From a virus, in IMG/VR virus record IMGVR_UViG_3300037882_000760, positions 1 to 38,427 of that record: 38,427 bases of DNA. One strand, given 5' to 3'. Made by a program: the position numbers and the translations under genes. The notes beneath the pieces were generated by a model. The model saw only the letters and a program-made list of their open reading frames with translations. It did no database searches and had not been told where the DNA came from. This document shows positions 1-8,864 of this stretch, piece by piece (the first letter of the stretch is position 1; each line of letters begins with the position of its first letter).

Positions 1-99
1 TTAAACATCGCTCCCCAGCTGCGTTTATTAATACAAATATACAAAAAGTATTTTAACTGTCAATATCATTTTGCTGATGTTAGCAAATAGATAAAAAAA
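1..99. repeat. Terminal direct repeat, copy 1 (identical to 38329-38427); assembly overlap or circular-genome signature
   Basis: Read directly: ttaaacatcgctccccagctgcg...gcaaatagataaaaaaa is present at both ends, 99/99 identical. Confidence 0.95.
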
Positions 100-122
100 A
101 CCTCCCCAACTCGTGAGGAGGC
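93..122 (-). terminator. Rho-independent terminator closing the late/lysis operon
   Basis: The minus-strand RNA CCUCCUCA-CGAGU-UGGGGAGG forms an 8-bp stem (one G-U pair) followed by U8. It lies 25 nt past the stop of the last late gene (147). Confidence 0.6.
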
Positions 123-146
123 CAAACTACCTATGAAAACAAACTA

Positions 147-536
147 CTATCTTTTGATAAAATAAAACAATCCGAAAACCAATATTATGAGAGCTATTAA
201 CCACGGCAATAAAGGGTTTTTACTCCAATGGGGTAAGGGTTCTTTAATCGCTGGGATCTCGATAATCTTTTCCGTGTAAACTGTGTCAGACTTGCACTCA
301 ATTAGTATGGTGTCACGTGTAAATATAGCCCGTACACGCTCTTTATTGATTATAAAGGTATCAACTAATTCTAATGTATCGATCAGAGTTTGAAAGCTAA
401 ATTTTACGGTTTCTTTAGGTATGTAAATGGTGTCCTTTACGGTTACCGTTATCGGTGCCCCGTACTTATCAAAGCACCGTTTTTGAGTAGCGCACCCCGT
501 ACACAATAAAAGTATAGCGATAACTAAACTTTTCAT
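147..536 (-). CDS. Unimolecular (u-)spanin-like lysis lipoprotein
   Basis: 129 aa. N-terminal signal peptide with a lipobox-like LLLCTG|C and a C-terminal TM helix LLPWLIALIILVFGLFYFIKR. Last gene of the lysis cassette, with an ATGA overlap to the upstream ORF. Confidence 0.6.
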   Translation of the reverse strand: MKSLVIAILLLCTGCATQKRCFDKYGAPITVTVKDTIYIPKETVKFSFQTLIDTLELVDTFIINKERVRAIFTRDTILIECKSDTVYTEKIIEIPAIKEPLPHWSKNPLLPWLIALIILVFGLFYFIKR

Positions 537-862
537 TTAGAGGTCATTTTAGTAAGCCCCCATTGAATTACCACCGAGAATAAAGCGGGTGCCAAATAGA
601 ACGCTTTGATAAATGGCATATCGGCATATCCTAACCACCCCAAAGAAGCGTGGAATAGCTCCTCTGATAGCTCAAAACCTACTATAACTAAGGTAATGGC
701 CAATGATATTAAAATTGATAGCCAGTTAACGGCAAAGTAACGGCCAACCTCACCAAGTTCTAGTATTCCATTCTTATTAAGGTCGAATACTTTAGCGTTT
801 TTCTGCAATAGAAATAGGTTATAAATAACCCAACCGCTTAAACCCATTAGCCATAATTCCAT
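533..862 (-). CDS. Lysis-cassette membrane protein (about 3 TM segments; holin/antiholin-like)
   Basis: 109 aa with hydrophobic stretches LMGLSGWVIYNLFLL, WLSILISLAITLVIVGF and YLAPALFSVVIQWGL. Sits between the endolysin and the spanin-like gene. Confidence 0.55.
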   Translation of the reverse strand: MELWLMGLSGWVIYNLFLLQKNAKVFDLNKNGILELGEVGRYFAVNWLSILISLAITLVIVGFELSEELFHASLGWLGYADMPFIKAFYLAPALFSVVIQWGLTKMTSK

Positions 863-863
863 A

Positions 864-1334
864 TTAGTATTTGATATAATTTGTCTTACCTCCCGATTTT
901 ACAACTCTTAAACATTGCATTCTATTGACCCCTTCACGCTTCAAACTAACATGAACCCAATCAGGGTTATTATCGTCACCGTACTCCCATAAAAGCTGGT
1001 CAAAAACGAAGTTCTCTTTAATGTACCTGAATAAAGAACCGTTAGAACCGTGCCCGAAAATATCGCAATCAATGTCAATGGCTTCACCTTGGCAATGTTG
1101 AGAGCTATTTGCACCGCCAATGGCCTTGTTAACTTCTGGACTTCTATAAAATGAGCTTATCGCTAAAGGCTTCCCGAGCCAATCCCTAACAGGGTCGAAT
1201 ATCTTTGTTGCAATATTGGCCATATTTTGCAGTTGCTCACTATTTGGGGTATTATTCAACCCTTTACGGATAGCATAATCAGATTTAGTAGCCTCAGCAT
1301 AGGTGCAATATTTACTAATGTTAGGTCTAGTCAT
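864..1334 (-). CDS. Endolysin, peptidase M15 (VanY / D-Ala-D-Ala carboxypeptidase-like zinc peptidase)
   Basis: 156 aa. Motif SSFYRSPEVNKAIGGANSSQHCQGEAIDID plus a distal WVHVS supplies the H-x6-D...H zinc ligands typical of Peptidase_M15 phage lysins. Overlaps the holin gene by 8 nt. Confidence 0.85.
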   Translation of the reverse strand: MTRPNISKYCTYAEATKSDYAIRKGLNNTPNSEQLQNMANIATKIFDPVRDWLGKPLAISSFYRSPEVNKAIGGANSSQHCQGEAIDIDCDIFGHGSNGSLFRYIKENFVFDQLLWEYGDDNNPDWVHVSLKREGVNRMQCLRVVKSGGKTNYIKY

Positions 1335-1512
1335 TTTTCTTATGTAAGTCTTTCCAAAGTTTAATTATTGTCATAATACCCACTACCAAACCCACTAAAA
1401 AAGTAAGCGTTTGTAGGTACTTATTTACATCGGTTAGCATCACCGAGCCCACCATGTTAAATGTGGCTACAATAGCCCCCTTGATTGTCATATCGAAATC
1501 GTGCATCTTCAT
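1327..1512 (-). CDS. Putative holin (class II-like)
   Basis: 61 aa with two hydrophobic segments (GAIVATFNMVGSVML, LTFLVGLVVGIMTII) and a charged C-terminus KLWKDLHKKND. Lies immediately upstream of the endolysin. Confidence 0.6.
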   Translation of the reverse strand: MKMHDFDMTIKGAIVATFNMVGSVMLTDVNKYLQTLTFLVGLVVGIMTIIKLWKDLHKKND

Positions 1513-1781
1513 TTTAGTTCGGGTACTAAGATAATAAGTTGTGCTAATATTTCAAGGTCTGAAAGCAATTCTATTCCCTCCCATGTGAATGTTCTGTTAT
1601 TCTCAGGATATTCGTTAAGCCTTTGTCCGTTCGATTTATTAAAGAAGTCAACGCTTACAAAAGGTTGAAACGTAATATTCAAATCACCCTCATTAGGTTT
1701 TATGATAGTAATCACATGGTCGAAATCGTCCGTTAATTCAACCCCTAAAGGGTCGTTCATGTATCCGCTTGTTAGTATCAT
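1509..1781 (-). CDS. Hypothetical protein
   Basis: 90-aa ORF with ATGA overlaps on both sides. No recognisable motif. Confidence 0.55.
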   Translation of the reverse strand: MILTSGYMNDPLGVELTDDFDHVITIIKPNEGDLNITFQPFVSVDFFNKSNGQRLNEYPENNRTFTWEGIELLSDLEILAQLIILVPELK

Positions 1782-2842
1782 GATAATTCCATTAATCCAG
1801 TGCCTGAATTATAAGTAAAGCATTTCCGTGAGTATAAAGATTGCGGTGTTGTTGAGCTTTTTACCGACTGACCTATTACATTCCTTGCAGCCGTTAAAAC
1901 ACCTTGTCTTAAAATGTAAAAGTTCGCATTAGTAGCAAGCGCACCATCTACAGAAGTAGAAGCCCATAAAAACCTATCGCTTGTATCGGTTGGTACCGTT
2001 AAAAATGTAATTGGTGGTAATCCTGATAAATAGTTTCCATTTTGCGCACGTTTAGTAAATAATACCCATTGATTGTAATTATTAATTCGCCAATCTGTCT
2101 TGGAATAAAACGTACTTGCAACACTTCCACTTATCGCACTTGTCCAATTAGCGGGCGTCTTAAAAGTAATATCTACCATAATGCCCAAATAATGGTCGAT
2201 TAATACACCCCTTGCATATAGTTGAGTACCTAAATCATCCGTAAACCTTTGAAGATTGCCAAATATATTATTTCCGCTTGCCGTTGCTCCACGTTTTAAT
2301 AGGTTGAAATTAGTAGGGTCTAATGATGCGAATACCCAAACTCTATCTGTTGGCCAACTATTTATTTCGGGAGTGTAAATATTATCCCATTGGTGCTTAT
2401 CGTCCCCCGTTTGGTAGCTTGTTACTTGACCAGTGTATAAGCTTGGATAAGGATAAGTATAAAAAACTAGCTGTTCTTTTTTGGCGTTTGATATGTAATT
2501 AAAAAGCTGCAATCTAACCGCATTACTTAAACCATCGTAAAGGTCGTTTTGGTCTTGCGTAGGTAATCCAACAAATAAAGATAGCCTTTGCGCATCGCTC
2601 AAACCTTGATACAAAGCCAATCTTTCGGCATCTGTTAACCCTAAATAAATATCTAGTTGGTCTTGTGCTGATAATGATTGAAATAGTGTTATCCTTTCCG
2701 CATCACTTGCAGCGGCATATTGAGCTGATAATGTAGGACAAGTGTAAACGATATCAATAGGTGAAGATGGATATGGATAGTTAACAGGTGTTTCATTGTT
2801 AATACTTATAGATACATCTGGAACGGTTATTATTAGGCTCAT
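1778..2842 (-). CDS. Tail-fibre-like protein with six to seven tandem 12-aa repeats
   Basis: 354 aa. Residues 47-118 are phased repeats (DAERITLFQSLS / AQDQLDIYLGLT / DAERLALYQGLS / DAQRLSLFVGLP / TQDQNDLYDGLS / NAVRLQLFNYIS). Located in the distal structural block next to the lysis genes. Confidence 0.6.
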   Translation of the reverse strand: MSLIITVPDVSISINNETPVNYPYPSSPIDIVYTCPTLSAQYAAASDAERITLFQSLSAQDQLDIYLGLTDAERLALYQGLSDAQRLSLFVGLPTQDQNDLYDGLSNAVRLQLFNYISNAKKEQLVFYTYPYPSLYTGQVTSYQTGDDKHQWDNIYTPEINSWPTDRVWVFASLDPTNFNLLKRGATASGNNIFGNLQRFTDDLGTQLYARGVLIDHYLGIMVDITFKTPANWTSAISGSVASTFYSKTDWRINNYNQWVLFTKRAQNGNYLSGLPPITFLTVPTDTSDRFLWASTSVDGALATNANFYILRQGVLTAARNVIGQSVKSSTTPQSLYSRKCFTYNSGTGLMELS

Positions 2843-4092
2843 TAGTCAATAATTACGTTTAATGAAATTACCACTACGTCCGTTGTGTTAGTGTCATTTT
2901 CTACAAACACCTCAATATAGTCATTTGTCGATAAACTAACATAGTCCTGAATCTTTACACCTTCAGCCCGCCCATTTCCATTAGTGGTGATATATATTTC
3001 AGAGGCTGGATTAATTACCCCATTCTTAGCTACATAAAAACCTATCTGGGCATTATTTGCCGAGGTACAACTAGCAACTACTGACACCTTAAAGGACTGA
3101 GTTAATGCCCCGATATAAGTTGCCCTGTTTTGTGTAACCGTAAACTTTTGAGTGATTTCGTTTGCCGTTGTGGTGCCTGCTATCTTAACCGCTACGCCTT
3201 GAGTGATTATATCCGTAGGTGTTGCATTGCCAATAATGGTGTAATATGCCACGCTACTAGAATTATCAATACCTCTATTCTCTAAGAATCTAGCCTTATT
3301 TGAAGTACTTTGTACACCTGCCAAATAAGTACCACCGCCCGAAAAATTACAGTTATCTAAAATAAACCCTTCTGCTAAAATGCTTGCAGAATCACTAACG
3401 TTCAAAGCCGTTTCACCTGATAAAGAAATAAAAGCCGAATAAATAAATCTTAACCTCCTTGATATTGTGGCCGTGGCTGGCACAATTACACTTGTCGCCC
3501 CCGTGGCATTATCAAAAATACATTGACTAAATCCAACGGTTCCAATACTTCCATCAAATGTTAAATTGCCCGAATTAATAAACCCACAATCACTTGCAAT
3601 AAAGTTGTTATAATTAGCAATCGTTCCAATAATGGGGCAATCTGAAAAGTTAACTCCAAACCAATCAAGTGCTTGGTCTGAATTACCATTGGCATCTAAG
3701 TCTAAAGCAATGGCCGCCTCTATTGTCACGCTTCTAATCGGTAAAGACCATTCACTAGTAATTAAAGCGGTCGCTAAGCCAGTGCTTTTGATTCTGCAAT
3801 TCTCGGAGCTGCCCCCTATAATAGTTGTATTCTGACCGCATACTAATCTATCGCCTAACAAGTCAATTTCAGCACAAATAAAATAGGTGATATTATCGGC
3901 CAAAGTAATTATACCTCCCGATGGGGTCGGTAGTTCGGCCTTTGTGTTTACGATTACTAGCTTGTTATCTACTAAATCATAAAGCGCATTTATTGAAGGT
4001 TCTAGCTGGTTTAATTCCGCACTAGTTAGCTTATATTGAGCCGCCAACGGGCTAACCCTCCAATCTTCTTTCGTTACCCAGTCTAATCTCAT
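2842..4092 (-). CDS. Putative tail fibre/spike protein (beta-helix-like repeats, C-terminal beta-sandwich-like part)
   Basis: 416 aa, rich in short N/G/S/T-x-I/V repeats (NTTIIGGSSENCRI, GFINSGNLTFDGSIG, NCNFSGGG) typical of right-handed beta-helix receptor-binding proteins. Position supports the call. Confidence 0.5.
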   Translation of the reverse strand: MRLDWVTKEDWRVSPLAAQYKLTSAELNQLEPSINALYDLVDNKLVIVNTKAELPTPSGGIITLADNITYFICAEIDLLGDRLVCGQNTTIIGGSSENCRIKSTGLATALITSEWSLPIRSVTIEAAIALDLDANGNSDQALDWFGVNFSDCPIIGTIANYNNFIASDCGFINSGNLTFDGSIGTVGFSQCIFDNATGATSVIVPATATISRRLRFIYSAFISLSGETALNVSDSASILAEGFILDNCNFSGGGTYLAGVQSTSNKARFLENRGIDNSSSVAYYTIIGNATPTDIITQGVAVKIAGTTTANEITQKFTVTQNRATYIGALTQSFKVSVVASCTSANNAQIGFYVAKNGVINPASEIYITTNGNGRAEGVKIQDYVSLSTNDYIEVFVENDTNTTDVVVISLNVIID

Positions 4093-4691
4093 CCTTGTAT
4101 AATTATTGATATTCCATCTTCCTGTCCTATCGGATGCCCTAAAGTATTTACTAAATAAACATCGTATGGGCTGGCCGTTGCCGTGTCTACGGGAGTGTCA
4201 TTAAAGTTTATTACTATGGTGCCTATACCTTGTTGTACTACTGTTGTTTCTGTTTGACCGCTCGGTACTGTTACCGTTTCAATTAAATCTCCGTTTTGGT
4301 CGTTGATAATTACTACCCCATCAGCACAACTATTGGAAGGTGTATAAACTTGCTCGCAATCTTCAACAGGTAAAACAATAGCTTCAATTTCAGTTAAATA
4401 TTCTGCATTGTATGGGTCTGTATTTAGTGCGCTTGCTTGCGTGTAAATTGTTAAAGTCCATCCACCTGTTGGGTTTAATTGTACTTCCCCATTTAACCAA
4501 TTTACAACCCCATCGGGGCCAACTTCATTAATGTTAACAGTAGTAAATGGAAGGGTAGGCGTTAGGTCTTGAAAAACCGCGTAAAACGATTGACAAGTGA
4601 TATTTGAATAAAATTGAATTAAAACGTATGAGTAAAGACCTTTACTATTAATAATTATCTTGTTCTCGATACCTTGTTGGATGCTTTGCAT
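4089..4691 (-). CDS. Hypothetical virion protein
   Basis: 200-aa ORF in the structural block with an ATGA overlap to the downstream fibre gene. Confidence 0.55.
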   Translation of the reverse strand: MQSIQQGIENKIIINSKGLYSYVLIQFYSNITCQSFYAVFQDLTPTLPFTTVNINEVGPDGVVNWLNGEVQLNPTGGWTLTIYTQASALNTDPYNAEYLTEIEAIVLPVEDCEQVYTPSNSCADGVVIINDQNGDLIETVTVPSGQTETTVVQQGIGTIVINFNDTPVDTATASPYDVYLVNTLGHPIGQEDGISIIIQG

Positions 4692-5211
4692 ATCTTACGC
4701 GTTTCTTACCTGCTCCCGTGATATTAAATTGACTGTTATTGTTACCTCTACATTCGTTGCAATCGCTGGCCCCCCATGTTGGGTAATCGGCTTTATTTTG
4801 CTCTAAGAAGAGCAATAAATCACCATCATAGTAATCTGCATCCCTTCTGGCTTGTTCGATTAAATCGGCTAATTGTGTACGTTCTGAGGCGTTGCTATTA
4901 TCTTCATTGTGAACTCTAAACCCTGATGCCGTGCTAAGGTTTCCACCCTTTTGTAAAATTCGAATAAATACGCGTTGTGCTAACGCTGGTTTTATCTTGT
5001 TAATTACTAGCTGATTGTTTGCCGATACCGTACCAGCTTCAACCTCAGCTGTTAACTCATCGTAATAATCAGGGCACAATACATTCTGTTTGTAAAACGT
5101 TTCTTGAGCTAACTGAATAATGCTATCCGTTATCCTTGGCAAAAGGTTCTGGCTAATATCAACGTATTGTTTTAACTCGCCTACTTCAATAAATAGATAT
5201 TTACAAGCCAT
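4648..5211 (-). CDS. Hypothetical protein next to portal (possible head-completion/adaptor protein)
   Basis: 187 aa. Begins 3 nt after the portal stop. The functional call rests on position only. Confidence 0.5.
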   Translation of the reverse strand: MACKYLFIEVGELKQYVDISQNLLPRITDSIIQLAQETFYKQNVLCPDYYDELTAEVEAGTVSANNQLVINKIKPALAQRVFIRILQKGGNLSTASGFRVHNEDNSNASERTQLADLIEQARRDADYYDGDLLLFLEQNKADYPTWGASDCNECRGNNNSQFNITGAGKKRVRYAKHPTRYREQDNY

Positions 5212-5213
5212 TT

Positions 5214-6902
5214 TTATTCTGGATTAAACGCCCAATTTTTTAATGATATAGTTCTTTTGCTTCCACAATTACGCCCGTTATTGTCTGTCATCGGGTCGCC
5301 TGCCTCCACTTCTTTCATTCGGTTAATAAAAGCTATTGTTTGCCCCGCCCAACGATAGTGTTTAGCTGTCCAATCTGGCTTATTTATTAAAAGCAATTCT
5401 AGGTTTCTAGTAATGGGCGCACGACTCAACCCTGCTAATCTGCTACACTCTGTCGATGCCCATTGTTCTAGTTTTGAATAGCTAATATTCACCGTATCGT
5501 GGTATTCTTTATAGCGTTCTGCTATTGCCTCAGATGTAACGTTTAAAAACTGCTTACTATCCAATCCATAGGCATACTGATTAGATACCTGTATAGGGTC
5601 TATTGGTTGAGCTTCTAAGGTTTTAATTATCGTTATTGGGTAATTGTCTTCAATATACTGTTCAATCGTTTCTTTATTAAGATTCTGAAAGACCCACTCA
5701 GGAACTTCCTTAAAATAATTAATATTAGCAATATCATAAGTATCAAACTGATACCCCATAAGTGGTATTATTTCCGCAAAGAAAGTAGATATAGCCCTTT
5801 GGTATGGGTTAACTCTCATCTGTAATTGAACTATACTATTTTCAAGTTCTTTAGTGTTACCTAGTTTACCGCTTACTTGAATATTAGCAAGTAATTGAGG
5901 TACTCCCGTTGCGGTACAAATATTCTCTTTTACTTGGTTCTCAATAGTTACAAATAAATCGTGATTTGCATTTGTTGGAAAGGCTTGAATCTCTGGGAAC
6001 TGCTCTTTTGTTTGTGCCCAAATAGTCATTGCCTTTGCCGAATCGCTTCCAGATAAGTCTTGCATATCTTCATCGAACGCCTCGCCAACAGTTAACTCAC
6101 TTTTGCCCGTGGTTATATTTACATGGTCAGGGTTCATCGATGGCGCGTTAGGGTCGCCAATCATTTTAAATAAAATCTGCTGCAAGAACCCATCTTGTAA
6201 ATTAGACTTATGGAAAGATGCAATGTCAGCATCAACCTTAAACCAATCTAAAGCACCATAATAATAAGGAAGCCCGTAGAATCTATCCCCTGGCCTTTCC
6301 TTATTCCAATAGAACACTTGGCCATTATACTCAGCACCGTATTCTAGCTGCTCACTTAAAACAACGTCTTTAGATGGGTTGTAAGTGGTGTAAGTTTCAT
6401 CGTACTTTCTTTCTTCTAATGAGGTGCCAAAGTAAGGATTGTAAACAATAGTTTTCACATATCCTCTTTCGTCAGGTATGCCCCATCTTACGCCCTCTGC
6501 AGGTAAATGATGTATAGCTATTGGGTTTTGTTGTTCATCGTATTTTACAACAATGGCAAACTTTTCAAGGTGCGAAACATCTTCTGAAATCTTCCCTAAT
6601 ATAGTATCTGCATTTTCTTGACGATTAACCATCAACTTAGCAAGGTCTTTATTTAAAAACCCATCACCATCGATAAACTTTGAAAGTGTATCAATACAAG
6701 CGGATGCCGTGGCACTTTCTTGAATGGCCTTAATGAACTGATTAGGTAAATCATTTTTAGCCCCATAAGGAATTATTTTTCTGGTGCTGTCGGTAATGCT
6801 AGTTGGCGCAGGGTCAAGCCTAACTAAATTCTTAGTTGGAAGCTTAAAAGAGCCTACTCTAGTTGAGAATTTCGGAGAGCTTGAAATGGTCTTGCGTTTC
6901 AT
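5214..6902 (-). CDS. Portal protein with a C-terminal DUF3140-like extension
   Basis: 562 aa. The N-terminal IIPYGAKNDLPNQFIKAIQES..ACIDTLSKFIDGDGF resembles the PBSX/phage_portal family start. It is the only portal-sized ORF without another assignment. The C-terminal ~110 aa form an extra domain. Confidence 0.6.
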   Translation of the reverse strand: MKRKTISSSPKFSTRVGSFKLPTKNLVRLDPAPTSITDSTRKIIPYGAKNDLPNQFIKAIQESATASACIDTLSKFIDGDGFLNKDLAKLMVNRQENADTILGKISEDVSHLEKFAIVVKYDEQQNPIAIHHLPAEGVRWGIPDERGYVKTIVYNPYFGTSLEERKYDETYTTYNPSKDVVLSEQLEYGAEYNGQVFYWNKERPGDRFYGLPYYYGALDWFKVDADIASFHKSNLQDGFLQQILFKMIGDPNAPSMNPDHVNITTGKSELTVGEAFDEDMQDLSGSDSAKAMTIWAQTKEQFPEIQAFPTNANHDLFVTIENQVKENICTATGVPQLLANIQVSGKLGNTKELENSIVQLQMRVNPYQRAISTFFAEIIPLMGYQFDTYDIANINYFKEVPEWVFQNLNKETIEQYIEDNYPITIIKTLEAQPIDPIQVSNQYAYGLDSKQFLNVTSEAIAERYKEYHDTVNISYSKLEQWASTECSRLAGLSRAPITRNLELLLINKPDWTAKHYRWAGQTIAFINRMKEVEAGDPMTDNNGRNCGSKRTISLKNWAFNPE

Positions 6903-7581
6903 AAATTGGCTTATTCCAATGTTTTATAATCGTGCCTACTTGGGCATTGTTGTAATCGTCTATCAAATCACTCTTTAAAATATTAGACCTTGCGGTGCTA
7001 TTGTTTACCTTTCGCATTATATCCTTACGAACATAAGAATAGTGGTGCATAGTAATATTGACCTCTATCGGTTTCTCTTTTGTGTGCCTTGTTGGGTCAA
7101 CAATAAAATTAAACCAATTTATCCCATATTGCAAGGACGATATTTTACAAATGAAAGGTACGAAATAATTATCAATACCGATAGTCCATTCAGGCCGTTT
7201 AAAATAGGTCTGCATTTTGCAAACTGTGGCCTTATACTTTAATGCTTCAATCTTTGCTTTGGCAAATTCATTTGAATCGTATAACTCATCGCAATCAATA
7301 AAAATAAAGTGAGTATAACCGAGTAGCCGAACAAACTCAACCATCTTAGCCCGTTTGTCTTTTTCTGGAAATTCACATTGAACATTACCATTGATAAGTT
7401 TTTTATCAAATAGTTTTTTTACTTTTTCTCTACCACCAAAGTAAAATTCACCTCCAAATCCTTTGATTTGGAAAAAGCAAAACACCCCATCAACGTGAGG
7501 GCGTATCTGATTTATCGAAGCTTGTAAAAACTCCTCCCCATCAAATACCGAGTAAAGAGCTGCTATTTTAATTCTTTCCAT
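6859..7581 (-). CDS. Putative GT-A fold glycosyltransferase (third GT of the cassette)
   Basis: The track ORF starts at TTG (7602); the first ATG is at 7581 (MERIKIAALYSVF). Contains a DxD motif FIFIDCDELYD and a C-terminal HHYSYVRKD pattern seen in GT2-like enzymes. Confidence 0.55.
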   Translation of the reverse strand: MERIKIAALYSVFDGEEFLQASINQIRPHVDGVFCFFQIKGFGGEFYFGGREKVKKLFDKKLINGNVQCEFPEKDKRAKMVEFVRLLGYTHFIFIDCDELYDSNEFAKAKIEALKYKATVCKMQTYFKRPEWTIGIDNYFVPFICKISSLQYGINWFNFIVDPTRHTKEKPIEVNITMHHYSYVRKDIMRKVNNSTARSNILKSDLIDDYNNAQVGTIIKHWNKPIYETQDHFKLSEILN

Positions 7582-7721
7582 GCAAGGTAAAAGAATATCC
7601 AAATAATAAATATATCCTCTGGCCTTGTTTGAGGTGTAACAAGCTTAACTATTGCGGTTACCACAACAAGAAAGGTGCAAAGGACAATCGATAAAATAAA
7701 TGCAAAGATAATTCGTTTCAT
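7563..7721 (-). CDS. Small membrane protein (52 aa, two hydrophobic segments) inside the glycan cassette
   Basis: Not in the >=60 aa track. MKRIIFAFILSIVLCTFLVVVTAIVKLVTPQTRPEDIFIIWIFFYLAWKELK. Its ATG overlaps the stop of the upstream GT (ATGA). Confidence 0.4.
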   Translation of the reverse strand: MKRIIFAFILSIVLCTFLVVVTAIVKLVTPQTRPEDIFIIWIFFYLAWKELK

Positions 7722-8362
7722 ATTCCTACGTTAAAAAGGTTCTTTTTATACAGTCGATTAAATACTTTAATTTGATTGTTTGTTAACTCCCGATACTTAA
7801 CCTTATCGACTTTATTAAGTGTCTGAGATTGCAAGTGTGCAACGTGGCTTTTAGTGATTAAAGCATGGCTTAAACCTTTAGCTTTTAATTGCTCTGAATA
7901 TGCATTATCGCAGCACCAAAACTCTAATCGTTCATCAAAGCCTCCTATACTTTCAATGGTCTTTCTATTGGCCGATATGCACCACCCTGCAATGTGTTTG
8001 CCTACTTGATAGCCTAATTGCACACCGCTTGGAATGTCTTTCCACCATTGCCAATGAGTTAATGGGCACCAAGGGCTGACAGAATCGAAGTTCTTTAGCC
8101 CGTTTTTCAATGGCTCAAACCATCCACTTTTAAATATCAAATCGTTATTGCAAAATACAACGATGTCGCAATTGGCCTTTTTAAACCCATTATTTAGACT
8201 TTTATTGTACCCTTCGAACGGTTCCACAATTACTTCGAATATACCCGTTTTATTAAGCGATTCTATGCACTCAATCGTTAATCGGTCTTGCGTGTTGCCT
8301 ACGATGATTACGCTGGCCTGTGCTTGTTTCTGCATTGTATTTATACCAATAAAGTATTTCAT
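7718..8362 (-). CDS. Glycosyltransferase family 2
   Basis: 214 aa. Motifs ASVIIVGNT..., VVFCNNDLIF (the DxD-equivalent NND), GGFDERLEFWCCD and VAHLQSQT. An alternative ATG lies at 8335. Confidence 0.75.
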   Translation of the reverse strand: MKYFIGINTMQKQAQASVIIVGNTQDRLTIECIESLNKTGIFEVIVEPFEGYNKSLNNGFKKANCDIVVFCNNDLIFKSGWFEPLKNGLKNFDSVSPWCPLTHWQWWKDIPSGVQLGYQVGKHIAGWCISANRKTIESIGGFDERLEFWCCDNAYSEQLKAKGLSHALITKSHVAHLQSQTLNKVDKVKYRELTNNQIKVFNRLYKKNLFNVGI

Positions 8363-8864
8363 TAATATTGTGTTCTGTCTTTAGGTAAGGAAGTAACCGT
8401 TTAGCATAGTCGGCATCTTCTCCCCAAATTAAATCCCTATACCCTGCATTAATAGCGTGCTTCTTTTTAACGGCCATCAAGTGATTAGGGATTCTTAAAA
8501 ACTCGGTTTCGGTATTTTGGTCACGCTTGTATTTTAGCGAATATTTAACAGGTCTTGTTATCGTGCCATCTGAATACTCAACCATGTAATTAACAACATC
8601 AACACCCGTTTTTGTGCCCTCGTAAATCTTCTTTACAAATTCTGGGTGTATTGGGTCGTCATCGTCAATAAAGCAAACGTAAAGACCATCTGCCGCGTTT
8701 ATCATTACATTGCGTTTCTTACCCACGCTCATTGACTGATTATCGCCTAAGTACATGATATCAACGGATAGCCCTTCAGCTTGTTTTTCGAGGTTCTTGA
8801 CTATATCATAAATAAGGTCAACGCGTTTTGTTACGTTGGTAACTAAGATACTAAGCTGTTTCAC
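8271..8864 (-). CDS. Glycosyltransferase family 2
   Basis: 197 aa with a GTG start. Motifs LSILVTNV..., GKKRN..., YVCFIDDDDPIHPEF and WGEDADYAKR. Overlaps the next GT by 65-92 nt. Confidence 0.75.
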   Translation of the reverse strand: MKQLSILVTNVTKRVDLIYDIVKNLEKQAEGLSVDIMYLGDNQSMSVGKKRNVMINAADGLYVCFIDDDDPIHPEFVKKIYEGTKTGVDVVNYMVEYSDGTITRPVKYSLKYKRDQNTETEFLRIPNHLMAVKKKHAINAGYRDLIWGEDADYAKRLLPYLKTEHNINEILYWYKYNAETSTGQRNHRRQHARPIND

